A stretch of DNA of 64,000 bases from Adineta vaga. Lineage: Eukaryota; Animalia; Rotifera. The stretch spans positions 13,764,001 through 13,828,000 of the forward strand of contig CP075496.1 of assembly GCA_021613535.1 (NCBI GenBank). Reading direction: 5' to 3'. Positions within the stretch are counted from its first letter, which is position 1. Every line of letters starts with the position of its first letter. The notes below the pieces were generated by a model. It saw nothing but the letters and a program-made list of their open reading frames with translations, searched no databases and was not told where the DNA came from. The position numbers and the translations under genes were made by a program. Positions 11,946-25,300 of the stretch are shown piece after piece.

Positions 11946-14112
11946 ATGTCCGACAATGAAGTCAACTATAATTATCATCGAACAACTAATGGTTATTCAA
12001 CAGAATACGCACAATTTATTCTTGAGTTCTTTTCTCATCGATTAGATCAATAGAAAGAAATGACGATTTAGATTCTTCTTTATGAACATTAAATTCTCTT
12101 AGAATGATTGGTAAACCAGTTGACACAATTGTTATTACATCCGATACATTTGATCGAGTACCTAAGGATAGGTAAAAATGAAGAAGATAATTGGATAAAA
12201 TTCATTTGTTTATTTATCTTTATATTTAGATGTTTTATCGTATTTTTATCATTTATTATTCATGGTCTTGGATGTTTTTTACCATGGAATTTATTATTTC
12301 ATAGTTATGACGTAAAATTTCATTGAATGATCTTCATTTGTATTTGATTCATTTGTATTATTTTAGTATTTTATTTGTTGTAAATTTCTTGGTGATGATT
12401 CAGATATCTATCGTCAACATTTCTTAAGTTTTTGTGCATTAGCTGCTCTTCTTGCTGCGTTAGTTACCACTGGCATCGGTCTTTTTATTGGTTTTCAGTA
12501 AATAAATTTCAATTTTATTTAATTACAAAAAACTTTCAATCAATATTTCATTTTTAGTGGCGATACAAAACGACGAGTTATTCCATCGATTGTCGTACTT
12601 ATTATTATGTTTATTCTCCAGGTGCTCTTCGCTATATTTGATGCTCGTGATTGTAATGAATTTGTTTATTAAGAATCAAAAATGATTCATTCTTTACTTT
12701 AGCTTCTGGTGTCTTCCTTTGTGTAACTATTTTAAATATTGTCGTTATCGGAGGTATGATTAATTAAATTCGTTTTGTTTTGTTAATCTATTTTTATTCT
12801 TTGTAGCTTTTATTGGACTTTATTTGTCCAGTATTGCTGGTATTGTGTCATATTTTCCTGATCGATATGTGAATGCACTTGTTATCGGCACGGTAAACAT
12901 TTGATAATGAATTGGAGAAAGGAAAGGTTTTTCTTTTCTTTTAGTCTTTAGGAATTCTAATTGCTATTTGTGGAAGAATTTCTTTTAAATATTGTAAGTA
13001 GATACAAACAAAGAGAGATTATGTTTGATTGTATTTATATGAATTTAGATTCGAACGATTCGAGAATTCTTGCCGTTTACTTTCTTATCTCGGCTCTTTT
13101 GATCCTTTTTGTATCTTTCGACATCTATTTTGCTTTTCCTTATTCGGTTCGTAGGAAATTTTAGTTTATTGATTTAAATGATTTTCGCTTTGATTTTAGC
13201 GTTTATTTCGATTTTATCATACATCGATTAAAATTGATCTTCTTCATACGATGAAAGGACGCGTTTTTCAAGTTCCATATGGAAACGTGTTGAGACATGT
13301 AAATCAAATGAATTTATTGTTCGTTTTCACTTTTATTTTATGACTTTTTTAGATTTGGCTTCAATGTTTATCGATTTTTCTACTTTATTTTTCAACAGTA
13401 ACTCTTTTTCCAAGTATTCTTAGTCAAGTACGAAGTGCAACACCAAATTTTACTCTTCCGAGTAAAAGAAATTTTTTTAAAATTTTTCTTCCTACGAAAA
13501 TTTTCTCGTCTCTTTAGTTAAAGATCTTGAATTTTCTGATGCAGTTGTTCTTATTAATTTCGGTCTATTCAATCTACTCGGAAATTTCCTTGCTAGTTGT
13601 ATAAAAAAAGTAGAGATTCTTCATGAAAATTTTCCTGCAATGATTTTCATTCTTGTTTTTAGCCATATTCACGATGGATTTTCTTCTTTGTTTTTATTCG
13701 TGCAATCGCTATATTTTTTACGTTTCTCTTCGTTAATTTCGAACCATATACACGACATAATATCCCAATATTAATTCGTGATGATTATATTTTCATGTCA
13801 TTGATTATGATTTTTGCTTTAACACATGGATATTTCAATTCAATGTTACATATGTTCACAACAAAGTAAATTTAAATAACAAAACTTTTTAGAGCAAGAC
13901 TCTTAGGCTCAGTGGGCTGTTTGTAAGAGATGAATGGGGGATGGAAATTGCTTGATTTAGAACTTGCATTCATTTATTTTCGTCCGTTTAGATCAGTTGA
14001 ACCATATCTATCAGCAACATCGGCTGTTATTTTACAATTGTTCATATTTACTGGATGTTTTTGTGGAATTATTGGTTCATTTGTGTATCATTTTCTAGTA
14101 ACAATACTTTAA
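11946..14112 (+). CDS. Equilibrative nucleoside transporter (SLC29/ENT family), multi-exon
   Basis: PKDR...IIHGLGCFLPWN (ENT TM1 signature), TVTLFPSI, FNLLGNFLA, FALTHGY; many hydrophobic exons; last exon ends at 14112. Confidence 0.85.
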
Positions 14113-14212
14113 TCGTTTCAAAAATTTCGTTTTGTGATTTTCTTTGGCTAAATAAAACTTTCAACTGACAGAAATATAAGATTATGAGTTTTTTTTTGAA
14201 TAGAGCGGAAAA

Positions 14213-15238
14213 TTAAGGAATTTCATATTTGTCATATTCACAGAGTAAAGGATGTAATGATGATGTTCGTGTTGCTGATGAATGACAACATGTTACATTC
14301 GCATCACTAAACCATCTGAGACCTTGACTTGTTTGAACAAACGGTCGATGAGGACCAAGTTTAATTAATCGATTTAGAATATCTATTGATATTGAACTAT
14401 TCTTTTGTCCATGAAATATAAGATAGACTCCATCACAATATGGTAAACATTTCGGTGTACTTATTGATTGTTCATATCTATCAATAAATACTGGACCAAA
14501 AGGATCATATTTACATACTGTATGATTAGTTTTTACTTTCCATAACATAACATTCATGGCTGTTTCATCAAAATTTGCATCATTAAATTCTCCTTTTTGC
14601 ATTAATGCTAAAACACGATGAAGAAATGGATAAGCCCGATATGTCCAAACAAATGTTCCATGCATATATGGCACAGATCGATATTTAACATCAAATTGTT
14701 TCATAAATAATTTGTAATTTCTCGGATCATCCGGATGTTTTGGTGCTAATGGAAGTTCATATGGCCAATGATGAAGTAGATCAAATAATAAATCAATATT
14801 ATAATTAACAACAGAATCGACTTCAAGTTGAACACCGTAATCAACATTACTGGAAACGATTGCAAGAAGTTTACAAGCAAAGATTGTTCGAGAACAATCC
14901 GTTTTGGATATACGTTCAGTAAAAACACGTGGATGTCGTGTAGAATTAATAATTAAATCAAAATCAACGGAAAAAATTAGAATTGAACGTGTAGAAAATA
15001 AATGAATAGAATCAAGTAGAACATCTAATAATTCCAGATAAGATTTATGTGAAGTTGTAAAAGTAACAAATGCTTCTTTAGGATAATCTGTTCGACGAAT
15101 AAAATGTTGAATAAATTTTCGTGAAGAATTTCTTAATGAATGATTTAATTGTTTATAGATTAGAAATGAAAGTAAAAGAAATAGAAATAATCGAATAAGA
15201 AAAGATTTCTTCTCGAAATATGAGTGAGTGAATACCAT
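14213..15238 (-). CDS. Type II membrane glycosyltransferase-like protein (GT-A-like), intronless
   Basis: N-terminal TM anchor; LLDSIHLFS, CKLLAI...QLEVDSVVN (DxD-like), DETAMNVMLW, FHGQK. Confidence 0.65.
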   Translation of the reverse strand: MVFTHSYFEKKSFLIRLFLFLLLSFLIYKQLNHSLRNSSRKFIQHFIRRTDYPKEAFVTFTTSHKSYLELLDVLLDSIHLFSTRSILIFSVDFDLIINSTRHPRVFTERISKTDCSRTIFACKLLAIVSSNVDYGVQLEVDSVVNYNIDLLFDLLHHWPYELPLAPKHPDDPRNYKLFMKQFDVKYRSVPYMHGTFVWTYRAYPFLHRVLALMQKGEFNDANFDETAMNVMLWKVKTNHTVCKYDPFGPVFIDRYEQSISTPKCLPYCDGVYLIFHGQKNSSISIDILNRLIKLGPHRPFVQTSQGLRWFSDANVTCCHSSATRTSSLHPLLCEYDKYEIP

Positions 15239-15475
15239 GTGATCAAATCGACGATTTTGTAAATAACTTCGTTCTTTTTAAACGACATTTCTTTTCTCGA
15301 ATGAAAGTATTGTTTACTTATAGAAACAATTTTACAAAGGATGAAAATTCATTCATACTTTCACTTTAAAAAAATCGAATTTTATTTTATTCAGAACTAT
15401 ACATCATCACAAGAAACAGTTATCATAATGAATATACCTTGCCTAATAAATAACAACAAGAAAATAAATAAATAT

Positions 15476-16803
15476 CTATCTATGTTCACATAACAACGGA
15501 TGAATGGGTGAACGTTTGCTATCGGGATAACAACAAGTCGCTGTTGTATCATTGATATGTCTCATTCCGCCCATTCCAAGTAATTGAACAGTAGGTTTGC
15601 CAGCATTTGCTTTAAGTCGAGTTAAAAGTGCAGCTGAAGTTGGTGCATCTTTCGAACCATGTAATGTGACAAATGCTGTATGACAAAATTCACTACACTT
15701 GGTTACATTTGGCCATCGTTCATAAGTTTCCGAATAGGTGAAATATGGATCTAAATCAAACAAATCAATGTTCATCAAACAGATGAATGAATATCAAATT
15801 CTCGTATTCATTAAATTAGTTTATCAACAAGATCGTTTCGTTTTTAACATGAAGATCTTACCATATTTACATAATGTATGATTCGCTCCGTATTTCCATA
15901 ACATAATATTAACTGCTGTTTCATCATAATTAGATCCTTGAAAATGGCCTTGTTTCAAAAGTGAATGAACATGATTTAGAAAAGGTAAAGCACGATAAGT
16001 CCAAATGATATGAGCATGAATATATGGTGTTGTATTTTTTGTTACATTAAATTGTTGCGCAAAATATCCCCAATTTTGTGGATCTGTTGGATGACGTGGA
16101 GATATTGGTAATGCATAAGGCCAAACATGAAGAACTTCGAAAAGAACATCAACATTATAATTTACAACATCATCTGTTTCCATTAAAACACCATAATCTA
16201 AATTACTACTAATAATAGCATGTAATTTACAAAAATAAACCGACTAAAAAAAGAGAGAAAAAATGTTAAAAATTTTCTTTTCAAAATCTAAAAAACATTC
16301 ATTACCGGTCCACAATCGTTTTGTGAGATACGTCGTTTAATCGCACGTGGATACAGTTTAAGATCAATATCAAGATCAACATCAATACCAAAAGCAATAA
16401 TAGGTCGAGTTGAAAAGGCATGAACAGAATCTAATAGAACTTTTAGTAAAGCTAAATAACTTGGATGATTGTTACTAAATGTTACAAATGCTTCTTTTGG
16501 TTCACGAGAAATAATTGAAGTTTTATTATCAGTTGTTAATAGCGACTTATTAATTGTTTGATTATTTAAAGATTGAACAAGAGAAGAATTTGTTTTATTT
16601 GTAGAAACATTTGATGAATTATGAGAATCAAAGATAATAAATGGTATTAACATATTTTGAGTCAATCGAACAGTTGATTTCATATCAATTTCATAAAGAA
16701 ACAAATATGACATAAGAAAAACAAGAGCAAGTATAACAAACAATCGAAACAATGTTGTCCTTTTATAAGGACTATTTTGAAAAGTATTATTTATATTTAA
16801 CAT
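15476..16803 (-). CDS. Tandem paralog glycosyltransferase-like protein; 3 exons (16803-16306, 16243-15862, 15750-15476)
   Basis: Same motifs as its neighbour (PKEAFVTF, LLDSVHAFSTRPI, CKLHAI...METDDVVN, DETAVNIMLW, LHGSK, HPLLCE). Two frame-preserving GT-AG introns. Confidence 0.7.
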
Positions 16804-17032
16804 TAGAATCAATCTCAATCTAAAATAGAAAAAAAAAGAATTTCGTCAGATAAATTATTTTTCATTCTATTGTTCGAAACTGTTTTATATTAAATATTGA
16901 TCACGTGTGTAAGGTACCTGTATTGAGTCTTAATGTAACTAATAAGTAATTGATGCATCACATTTTTATGAAGGTTTTATGTTCGAAAGAAATTGTCCTA
17001 TCAATGTGAAAAAAAGGAGAAATAACTAGTGG

Positions 17033-18590
17033 TTAACTTTCTTCTCCAGGTTCATTATCTATTGCACCAGTAAGATGAATTATTTAGTATACCTGAAGAA
17101 CACAGTGAAAGAATGTTATCTTTTGGCAACATGCGGCCGTAAAGGTACAAATAGTTGGAAAAATTCAATTGATTTTCTCAATGAAATTCCTATCATTTGC
17201 TATTGGTTTTACTTCAGACTGTCGAACGAAAGCATACTTTATTCATCTGCCCACTTCTTACAGCCTTAAGATGGTATATATTTCGATAATACTCAAATTA
17301 CCAAAATAACGCAAATATTACCTATTTTCCCTAGAGAAGTTCACGAATTTAGTGAGATTCTAACAAGATTCGTAATTCCCTTTTCTGAAAGAAAGGGTTA
17401 TATGACGTTCAAATACGATGGTAAAATGCTTAAAGTTTGTCTGTCTATCTGAGCCAATCAAAATTCAGCATGCGCTAAACCCATGAAAAGTCACTACAGT
17501 TGTTAAAAGAAGTTTGACCAACGGGTAGTTGAAACCGAACAATGCGAATCGGACCCTACTTCATTACTATTAGTTTCTGAGAAAGTTTTACCAAACGGTA
17601 ACCGAGGTCTAGGAATCTGAATAAAAGACTAATTTTATCCAGAATTTCTTTCTCTGAAAGAAAGTGTTATACGGAGTATAAAAATGCTTCGAATTTGTCG
17701 GTTTATTCCAGCCAAGATGGTATCATACATTTACTTACGTTGAATATACATGTTTGTCTTTTCTCATATTGGCTAAGAAATACACAGGAAAGACAAACTG
17801 TGTAGTGTAGCGTCATGAAAAAAAACACATGCATGAAAGACATTCATTCATACCCAACTTAAAAGCATCTGTATAAAATTGTACGGTGCGTTGATTCACT
17901 TAAATAAACATTACTTGAAAAAAACCAAGCAGCTTTACTGAATATAAAGATATGAAGGAGCTTGCTTCCTACATGCACAAAAACAACTTCAATACATTTC
18001 AGCATTAATTTCCATCGTAAGTATACTTAACTATCTGTATAAACATTTGTCCACAAAACACGAGCGTAAGAAAATATATCTTATTATTCGGAAAATTGCT
18101 CCTGTGAGTCTCTAAAATGCATACATGAAGCATTAATTCCAATACTGTACGGTACAATGTATTCTGTCTTACTTTGAAACTACCCTTGCTCCTTAATGTC
18201 AAGCTCTGAATCCCTCTAGAAAATGTTGTGAAGAGTATGACTATATTGATTCGGGAAAAAACGTACAACTTCGGGCTGAATTTTCTTTGTAAGCATACAG
18301 CGATGTACTTTCTTTATTTCAGAAAAAGGTAGGCGAATCCGTTGGACAGTCTGAAGTAAAATCAATAGCAAATGATAGGAATTTCATTGAGAAAAGCAAT
18401 TGACTTTTTCCAACTTTTTGTACCTTTACGGCCGCACGTTGCCAAAAGGCAACATGTTGGTATTCGGCTCGATTTTAGTTCTTTAAGCTCCAAAATGGAA
18501 TTCGGTAATCTCCACATCTAGAAGACAAAGAATATAAAGAATTAGAATTTTTTGCGTGCTATCTTCTGGTAGCCGGCTGGAAAGGGTTAA
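17033..18590. mobile_element. Non-autonomous terminal-inverted-repeat DNA element, probably piggyBac-derived
   Basis: ~116-bp inverted repeats at 17113-17228 and 18340-18455 (~90% identical). Right end AAAGGG|TTAA at 18581-18590; degenerate left end TTAA|CTTTC at 17033. Internal direct repeat at ~17381 and ~17651. No transposase ORF. Confidence 0.65.
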
Positions 18591-18776
18591 TCATCAATAT
18601 ATCTCCATATGTGTGTGGATGAATATCAAGCGATATTGTCTCTAGAAGTATGACGAGGAAAATACAGCTTGCTCTACTATAGTAACTATTATCTGTCGAC
18701 GAGAAGATTCTGAAAAAAAGGTCGAGAAGTCTGTCCGATGATTGAACACGCGAGAAAACGCGGTTTTATCAAGTAC

Positions 18777-18885
18777 GATTAAAATCGATTTTAACGGATG
18801 AAAAATGAAAAAAGTCATTAAAATAGATTAATGGGTGAAATTTAATCGGATTTTGCTGATTATCTAGAAAAAATCGATTTTAATC
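18777..18885. repeat. Short inverted repeat pair (16 bp), possible MITE relic
   Basis: GATTAAAATCGATTTT (18777-18792) is the reverse complement of AAAATCGATTTTAATC (18870-18885). Confidence 0.35.
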
Positions 18886-20951
18886 ATATTTTTCATAAAT
18901 TGTTTTTTTACATGGATAACGAAAGAATCAATAGAGAAGAACAAAATTTTCATTATTTAGAGTAATGCATATTATAATATAAAAAAATAACAATCTTTAT
19001 GAAATTAAATACAAGTAGATGATTGTATTCAAAGATATCTATTCTATCAATTATGTTTATTAAAACATTCTTCTAAGTCATGCTTATATACATTGACATC
19101 TCATTTTTTCGTATTACAAGATGGTTTATACGAAAAGTGGTTTGACTTCTACCCATGTGTTTGCGTGAAAAATATCATCAATATACCAATGTTTCTCTTC
19201 TCTCATAACGGAAAAAGTACATTAAGGATTTTACATTCAAAATTTTATTCTTACCGGTTGGTGACATATGTCTAATGACGCTATAAAGAAATGATTCTAA
19301 AGAATACATCAACTAAAGAAATCTCATCTATTTTACTTTTTCTCTTTATTTAATAATCAAATTTTAAATAAATAAAACTTTCAAGTCATATCTTAATGAA
19401 CTCTTTTCTTTTGAAAGAAAAAAGTTATTTCTTTCCGACATCAGAACATCCGATAGAAATAAAAACAGCCAATGAAATATAGAAAAAGACATTTTTACGT
19501 GAGAATTACTCTTCCACTTCACTTAATTACCGAACATGCTTAACTTAGTTACACAATATAAAGAAACAAACAATAATTTATCTGTTTGATAACCGTTAAT
19601 CTTCTACTTACCACTTTTTTCTTTTGTAGAAATCTTTGTATAAAAGAAAAACGATATTAAACAACGATAAACAATCGAATTCATTCGATTCACCTGGCAA
19701 TAAAAAACGTGTTTGTTTGCAAATCTTAATTATACATTAAGAAAATATACTTTCAACGAGAAAGTGAGTTCGTGAATGAACGTTACTTGTGTTTTAGTAG
19801 TGTTAATTGTCAAGAATAAAAATTTTCTATTGTTCACTTCTATTGATATTCATCTTCCTATTCTTTTTCTTGTTCTATTTGATCACAAAATCAAATCATA
19901 TTCGTCAATAAAATCGATGTTTACCAAAGAATTGTCAGGAGAGAAAGTAAATATTAGATGACGACTTATTTTCTTTTCAGAAGAATTTGTTATTTCATAT
20001 CTAAATAGACAATTGAAGTGTCATTTTTGAAATTCATTTCTCTTGTAAAGATAGAAAAAGATTTTTTTTTCGATAAAAAAACACAAAGAATAGATGATAC
20101 TTATCGATTTAGTTTGTTGACTACAAAATTAATTCCAATGATTTTTAGAACAATAAATAAATATCTAAAAAAGAAAATCTTTGTTGCAATTGAGTATAAG
20201 CAATTATAGAAAAAAAATGCATTTGATATAAAAAAGGTTTTTCTCTACTTTTAGTGCTACTCAAAATGTGAAGGTTTCATATGAAAAAGGTACTTTTGAT
20301 GATTATGTTTCTTATTCTTTTCAAAGACATGCTTACTTCTTATGATTTCTGTTAGTTAATGACTATTCTATAAGTTTCAATAGACTACAAATTATTGTGG
20401 AATAAAGGAGAAGTAAAAAGAAAAAGAATTGCCACAGTATGTGCACTGTGTTCTTTGATTTTGTTTACCTTTAATTCAAAATCAAGGAGAAGAAATGAAA
20501 AAATAAGAAAATGTCTTTTTTGACCGTAATTCAAGAAAATCATAGCGATCTGTACGAAAGAGGATTGTTTCTTATCTTCACTTCAATGGACATAATATCT
20601 ACAATGCACTTTTTTTTACTTAAAATTAAAAATTGCCACATTGATTCACTTCATTGCTAATATAAGTTTCTTATTCAAAGATTTAGAAAATCTCAATGGT
20701 ATAGATCGATCATATTCTCTGGTTGATCTTCGTATTGAAATGGAAGACATTCTTCTGTTCATATTTGATACTTTATAGTTATTTTTAGCGATGAATTCAT
20801 CTTCGTGGGTCTATTAATGACTATTAGTGACAATCAGTATGAAGAAAAGTAAAAGAAATTCATTTTGAGGGCTTTTGCATGGCAATAATTTATAGAAATG
20901 GTGAAGACGTCAATTTTATGAATAGACAAACATATTTATAGAACTAAAACG

Positions 20952-22343
20952 ATGCCAAACGCACGACAAGAAGCGAGTTTGACACAAATTCGTCGATTAC
21001 TTTCTCGTTGGGATCAAGGTAAATCTAATAGAATATTCTGTGAGATTATTTTTTTTTATTAAATTTAGGTTCAACGAAAGTTCGCCGTCAAATTTTACTT
21101 GATTTTATTGAATTACATAAAACGATAACTGAACCTGAACTTGAAAGTGAATTCGCACAATCTGCAAGTCTATTTTTTACTCGTATAAGTACGTTTTTTT
21201 CTCATATTTTATTCCTTACGAAACATGAACTTGAATTTTAGCTTCATGGTTACGTATTACTTATCTTTTTGGCACATGTTTAAACGAACAACTACGAGCA
21301 CTACGTGTTTTTCTTCAATCATCTACAGGAAATAAATATCTAGGTGAATTTCTTGATGTCGGTGGATTATTTACTCTTCTCGAAATTCTTAATGTTAATC
21401 AAATTAAAGATGAAGATAAATTACAAGCAGTAGGAATAATTCTTTAAATAATCATTTATTTTCAAGTCTTTTCTAGTTGGATTTATTGAAATTAATTGCT
21501 GATAATGGTCGAACGTATAAAGAATTAATTTGTCAATCATTTGGCATTCGAGCTATTGCGGAATGTATGGCTAAATCGGATACGAGTGAAAGAACACAAA
21601 AAGGTGCACAAATTTTACTCGATTCTTTAGCATTAGGAAATCCTTTATATATTCAACAAGTTTATAAAGGTTTAATTGCTATATTATTATCGACATCACC
21701 AAAAGCACAAGAATTATCAATCTCACTTCTTTGTAAACTTCAACCACAATTAGAAAAAGTTCATGGAAGTTTACTTGAACCCGTTGTTAATCTTCTTCAA
21801 TCTTATCATGCCGAAGTTCAATATCAAGCGATTGAATTTATACAAATTCTTATGTCACATAAATGGAATAATGAAAGTACGGCTGCTGTTCTAGCACAAC
21901 AATTAATTATTTGTTTAAATGAATCATTAAATCAAGAAAAGAATGATATTGATAATGGAGAAGAAAATAATGATTTAATTGATTCATTGAAAGGTGGTCC
22001 AATGCCGATTTTTATTCAACAAGCTGCTATTTGTAAATGTATTCGTTTATTAGCTGATCAACGAGAAAGATTTCTACGTTTAAATATTGTTCATCTACTT
22101 TTATGTGTTATGGGAAATGAAGCATATCCAGAAAGTCAACGACAAGCTTCATTAACTCTTCATACATTTGTAGAAAAATATTCTATTGTTTATGATAAAG
22201 TATTTGAAGCCCTTGGTGAACAATTATTTGAAATATTTTATCGTGATCCTGATGGATTCTATTCCGAAATGAATTCTATTCAAGCTGATGTTTGTCGATC
22301 GAATCGTGTTCAAATGTCATTTGATAATCCAACATCGAATTGA
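20952..22343 (+). CDS. ARMH1: Armadillo-like helical domain-containing protein 1
   Basis: Spliced N-terminus RWDQG...PELESEFAQSASLF...WLRITY...EFLDVGG, then GRTYKELICQSFGIRAIAE and GNPLYIQQVYKGLIA, matching ARMH1/C1orf228. Confidence 0.9.
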
Positions 22344-22383
22344 GTTTTATTGATTGATTGATTTCAATAAAGAAAACTAAACT

Positions 22384-25300
22384 TCAATTTAAACAAGGTT
22401 TATTACTAAATTCAGTAAGAATGATGTTTTGTTGAGTATTAATTGATGATGAAAGAGTACGATTTATTGGAAAACATGTAAGAATTCCATTAGATAAATT
22501 AGTAATTTCAATCCATTGAAAAGATATTTGACCATTTTTTATTAAATATTCATAATAAAATTCGATTTTCTCAATTGAATTCAATTTATTCTTTGTTTGA
22601 ATTTCAAATGTATCAATAGAATTATTTCGTTGAAATGCTGATTTATTATTTATAGTTTGTTCTAATTGAATTCGTTCTGTTTGATGAGTTTTTCCACAGA
22701 GTTTAATTGAAATATTTAGCGAATTATCCTTCGATAAATTCGTTGTATTGGTTTTAATACGTACTGTATACATATCAATATTAGTTGTACTATGTCGTTG
22801 ATCTTCACATGGTATATTTTGATAATTTGTCATAGAAAATCGAACTTTATCAGATACTTCATCTAACCATTGATGAACAGAGAAACATTTGATTTGTTTC
22901 GATACAAGATGTTTTAATTCAACAAAATCACAAAACCATCTAAAACAAACTGACCTTACATTTCGATATGTTAGAATTGAAAATGTTTACCCATCATTTT
23001 GTCCATCGTGATATAAATCAATTCGATCGATATCGGAAATGTTGATGTTTAGTATTGTAATATGAAATTTATCAGTATGATGTTTTTGAAAAGGAATTTT
23101 ATGATTTGATGAATGTTCCAATTGAATTGATTGACCAATTTGTTGATTATTTTTATCATATAAATTTAAATAAACATTTACGTCATGTTTTGATTTACTT
23201 TGTAAAGATTTTTCCGCTGTTTTCGTACGAATTTCATATTTATAATCATTTGATATCGAATTTTCTTGCGCTTTGTCTGACATTGAGTTACGTAATTCTT
23301 GACAAGGAATATCCGATGGTTGATCGAGAATTATTTGAGTTTTATAATCTTGTTCACCTTTATCTAACCAACGTTGAATTGGAAAACAATAGATTTCCTA
23401 AATTCGAAAACTTAGAAATGAAAAAAAGAAGTTAAAACAAACTTGATTTTCATCATCTGTGATTGAAATCCATTCTCCATACCAACCTTGATATTTCTCT
23501 GCATTAATTGATAATTTCACAGCTTTGATTGTTGATAATGATTCGGATAATGTTATTTTAAATTCATCGATATTTCCCGGAGCAAAATGATGACCTTCCA
23601 TATCTTTCTTTTTCAATTGAATTTCTTTGGATTTCTTTTCATTAATATCGATTAATTGCAAATGAAGAGGTGTTGTTGAACCTGCCGATGGATGATTTCC
23701 TGTTTTCGTATGAATTGTATAATTTCGAGAGAATTTCTCGGCTTTTAATTTCTTTGTTGTTGTTGTTAAAGAATAACGATGTGATTTATCTTTACATGAT
23801 AAGTTAATTAATGGATTTTCTAAATGAATATTTGTTTGTTTTAAACCAGAATTTTGATCAAGTGTTGAATTGATTGGAAAACAATAAGAAATATTTGTTT
23901 TATTATCAATTATATTGATATAATCAACATGCCAACCATCATTTTTATTTCCTTTATGCCATAGATCAACTTTACTAATTCCATCAAGAGTTTCTTGAGT
24001 ATCAATTATGAAATGATCTTGAAAGAAAGAATGATATAAATTCATCGTTGGGAGCAATTCTTACCTGTTTGATTTCGTTCGAATTTATTTCGATGTTTGG
24101 TTGAATATTTCAATTGATATGCATCTGATTTTCGATCATTTTTATCATAGATTCTTAGAAATACAGGTGCATCTGTTCCTGCTCCACCTAATCCTAAAAA
24201 TCCTATATGACCTGTTTTAATTTCTACTTGAAATCTTCCTTGATTGATTATTTCATCCGATGAACTATTCTCTTCACTTTTTAATTGATTACACAATCGA
24301 TTATCCTTTTGTTTATTAAATATCAAATGATCATTTTTCACTCCACCATATTTTTCATTTCTAAATTCAAAGACAAAAAACGAACAAATTCATTTGAATA
24401 AATCATTCAACATTTACAAATATTGTTCAATAATAAAACAACTTATTTCATTTGTCTTTTGATCTGTTATTTGAACATATTCAGGATACCAACTAGAATA
24501 TCATATTCAATGAAAGATTGAAATGAAAGATGAACAATTACATACCCACTACCAATTCCTTTTCCATCCGTCCATAATTCAAGTTTATCAATCGTATTCA
24601 ATTCTTGTTTTGATCTCACATGAAAATCATCTAAGAAGATCGAATAAAACACAAAATTTTTCTTTAACTTTTTACTAATGATAGACCTAATTTTCCACGA
24701 GCAAATTTATTCTTCTGATCCATTGAATCTTTCAATTCGATGGGTTCTGATATTTTGCCATTGATATCATGAATTTGAATGAATACATTAGCATCCGTAC
24801 CCGTTGGTGCTAATCCTAATAAACCTTTCTTTGCTGTTTTTATTTGAACATGAAATAAAGATTTATATTCTTCATTAAAATCTTCTTGATTTAATTTATG
24901 AGTTGGTATTGTTGTTAGAAGATTTCGGAGTTTCATTGTGTCAGGTAATTGTTCACAAGGAATGTTTGTTGAATTAGATTTTAAATAAATTTCTGTTTTA
25001 CCATCCAATTCACCTTTATCCAACCAACGTTGTAAAGAAAAACAAAAGATTTCTTTGGTATCATTATCACTAATGGATATCCATTCACCATACCTAAAAT
25101 CACATGAAATTTCTTTGTATTAAAGCGTTTTTTGAAACGAACCATCCTTGATATTTATCAGCTGTATGAGAGATTTCAATAGCAGTAAGTTTATTCAATA
25201 GTTTTTCGGATGTAATGTGAAATTCATCGATAGATCCTGCTTGAAAATGATGACCTTCTTTAGCTTTTTGTCTTAAACGAATTTTTTCCGATTTTTGAGA

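Noticed and set aside
17075-18268. ORFs inside the TIR element as a transposase
   Set aside because: Short, with no DDD/DDE-like motifs.
20629-20778. Possible decayed LRR/F-box-like fragment (LIHFIANISFLFKDLENL...SLVDLRIE)
   Set aside because: Too short, with no start or flanking exons; the similarity is only impressionistic.
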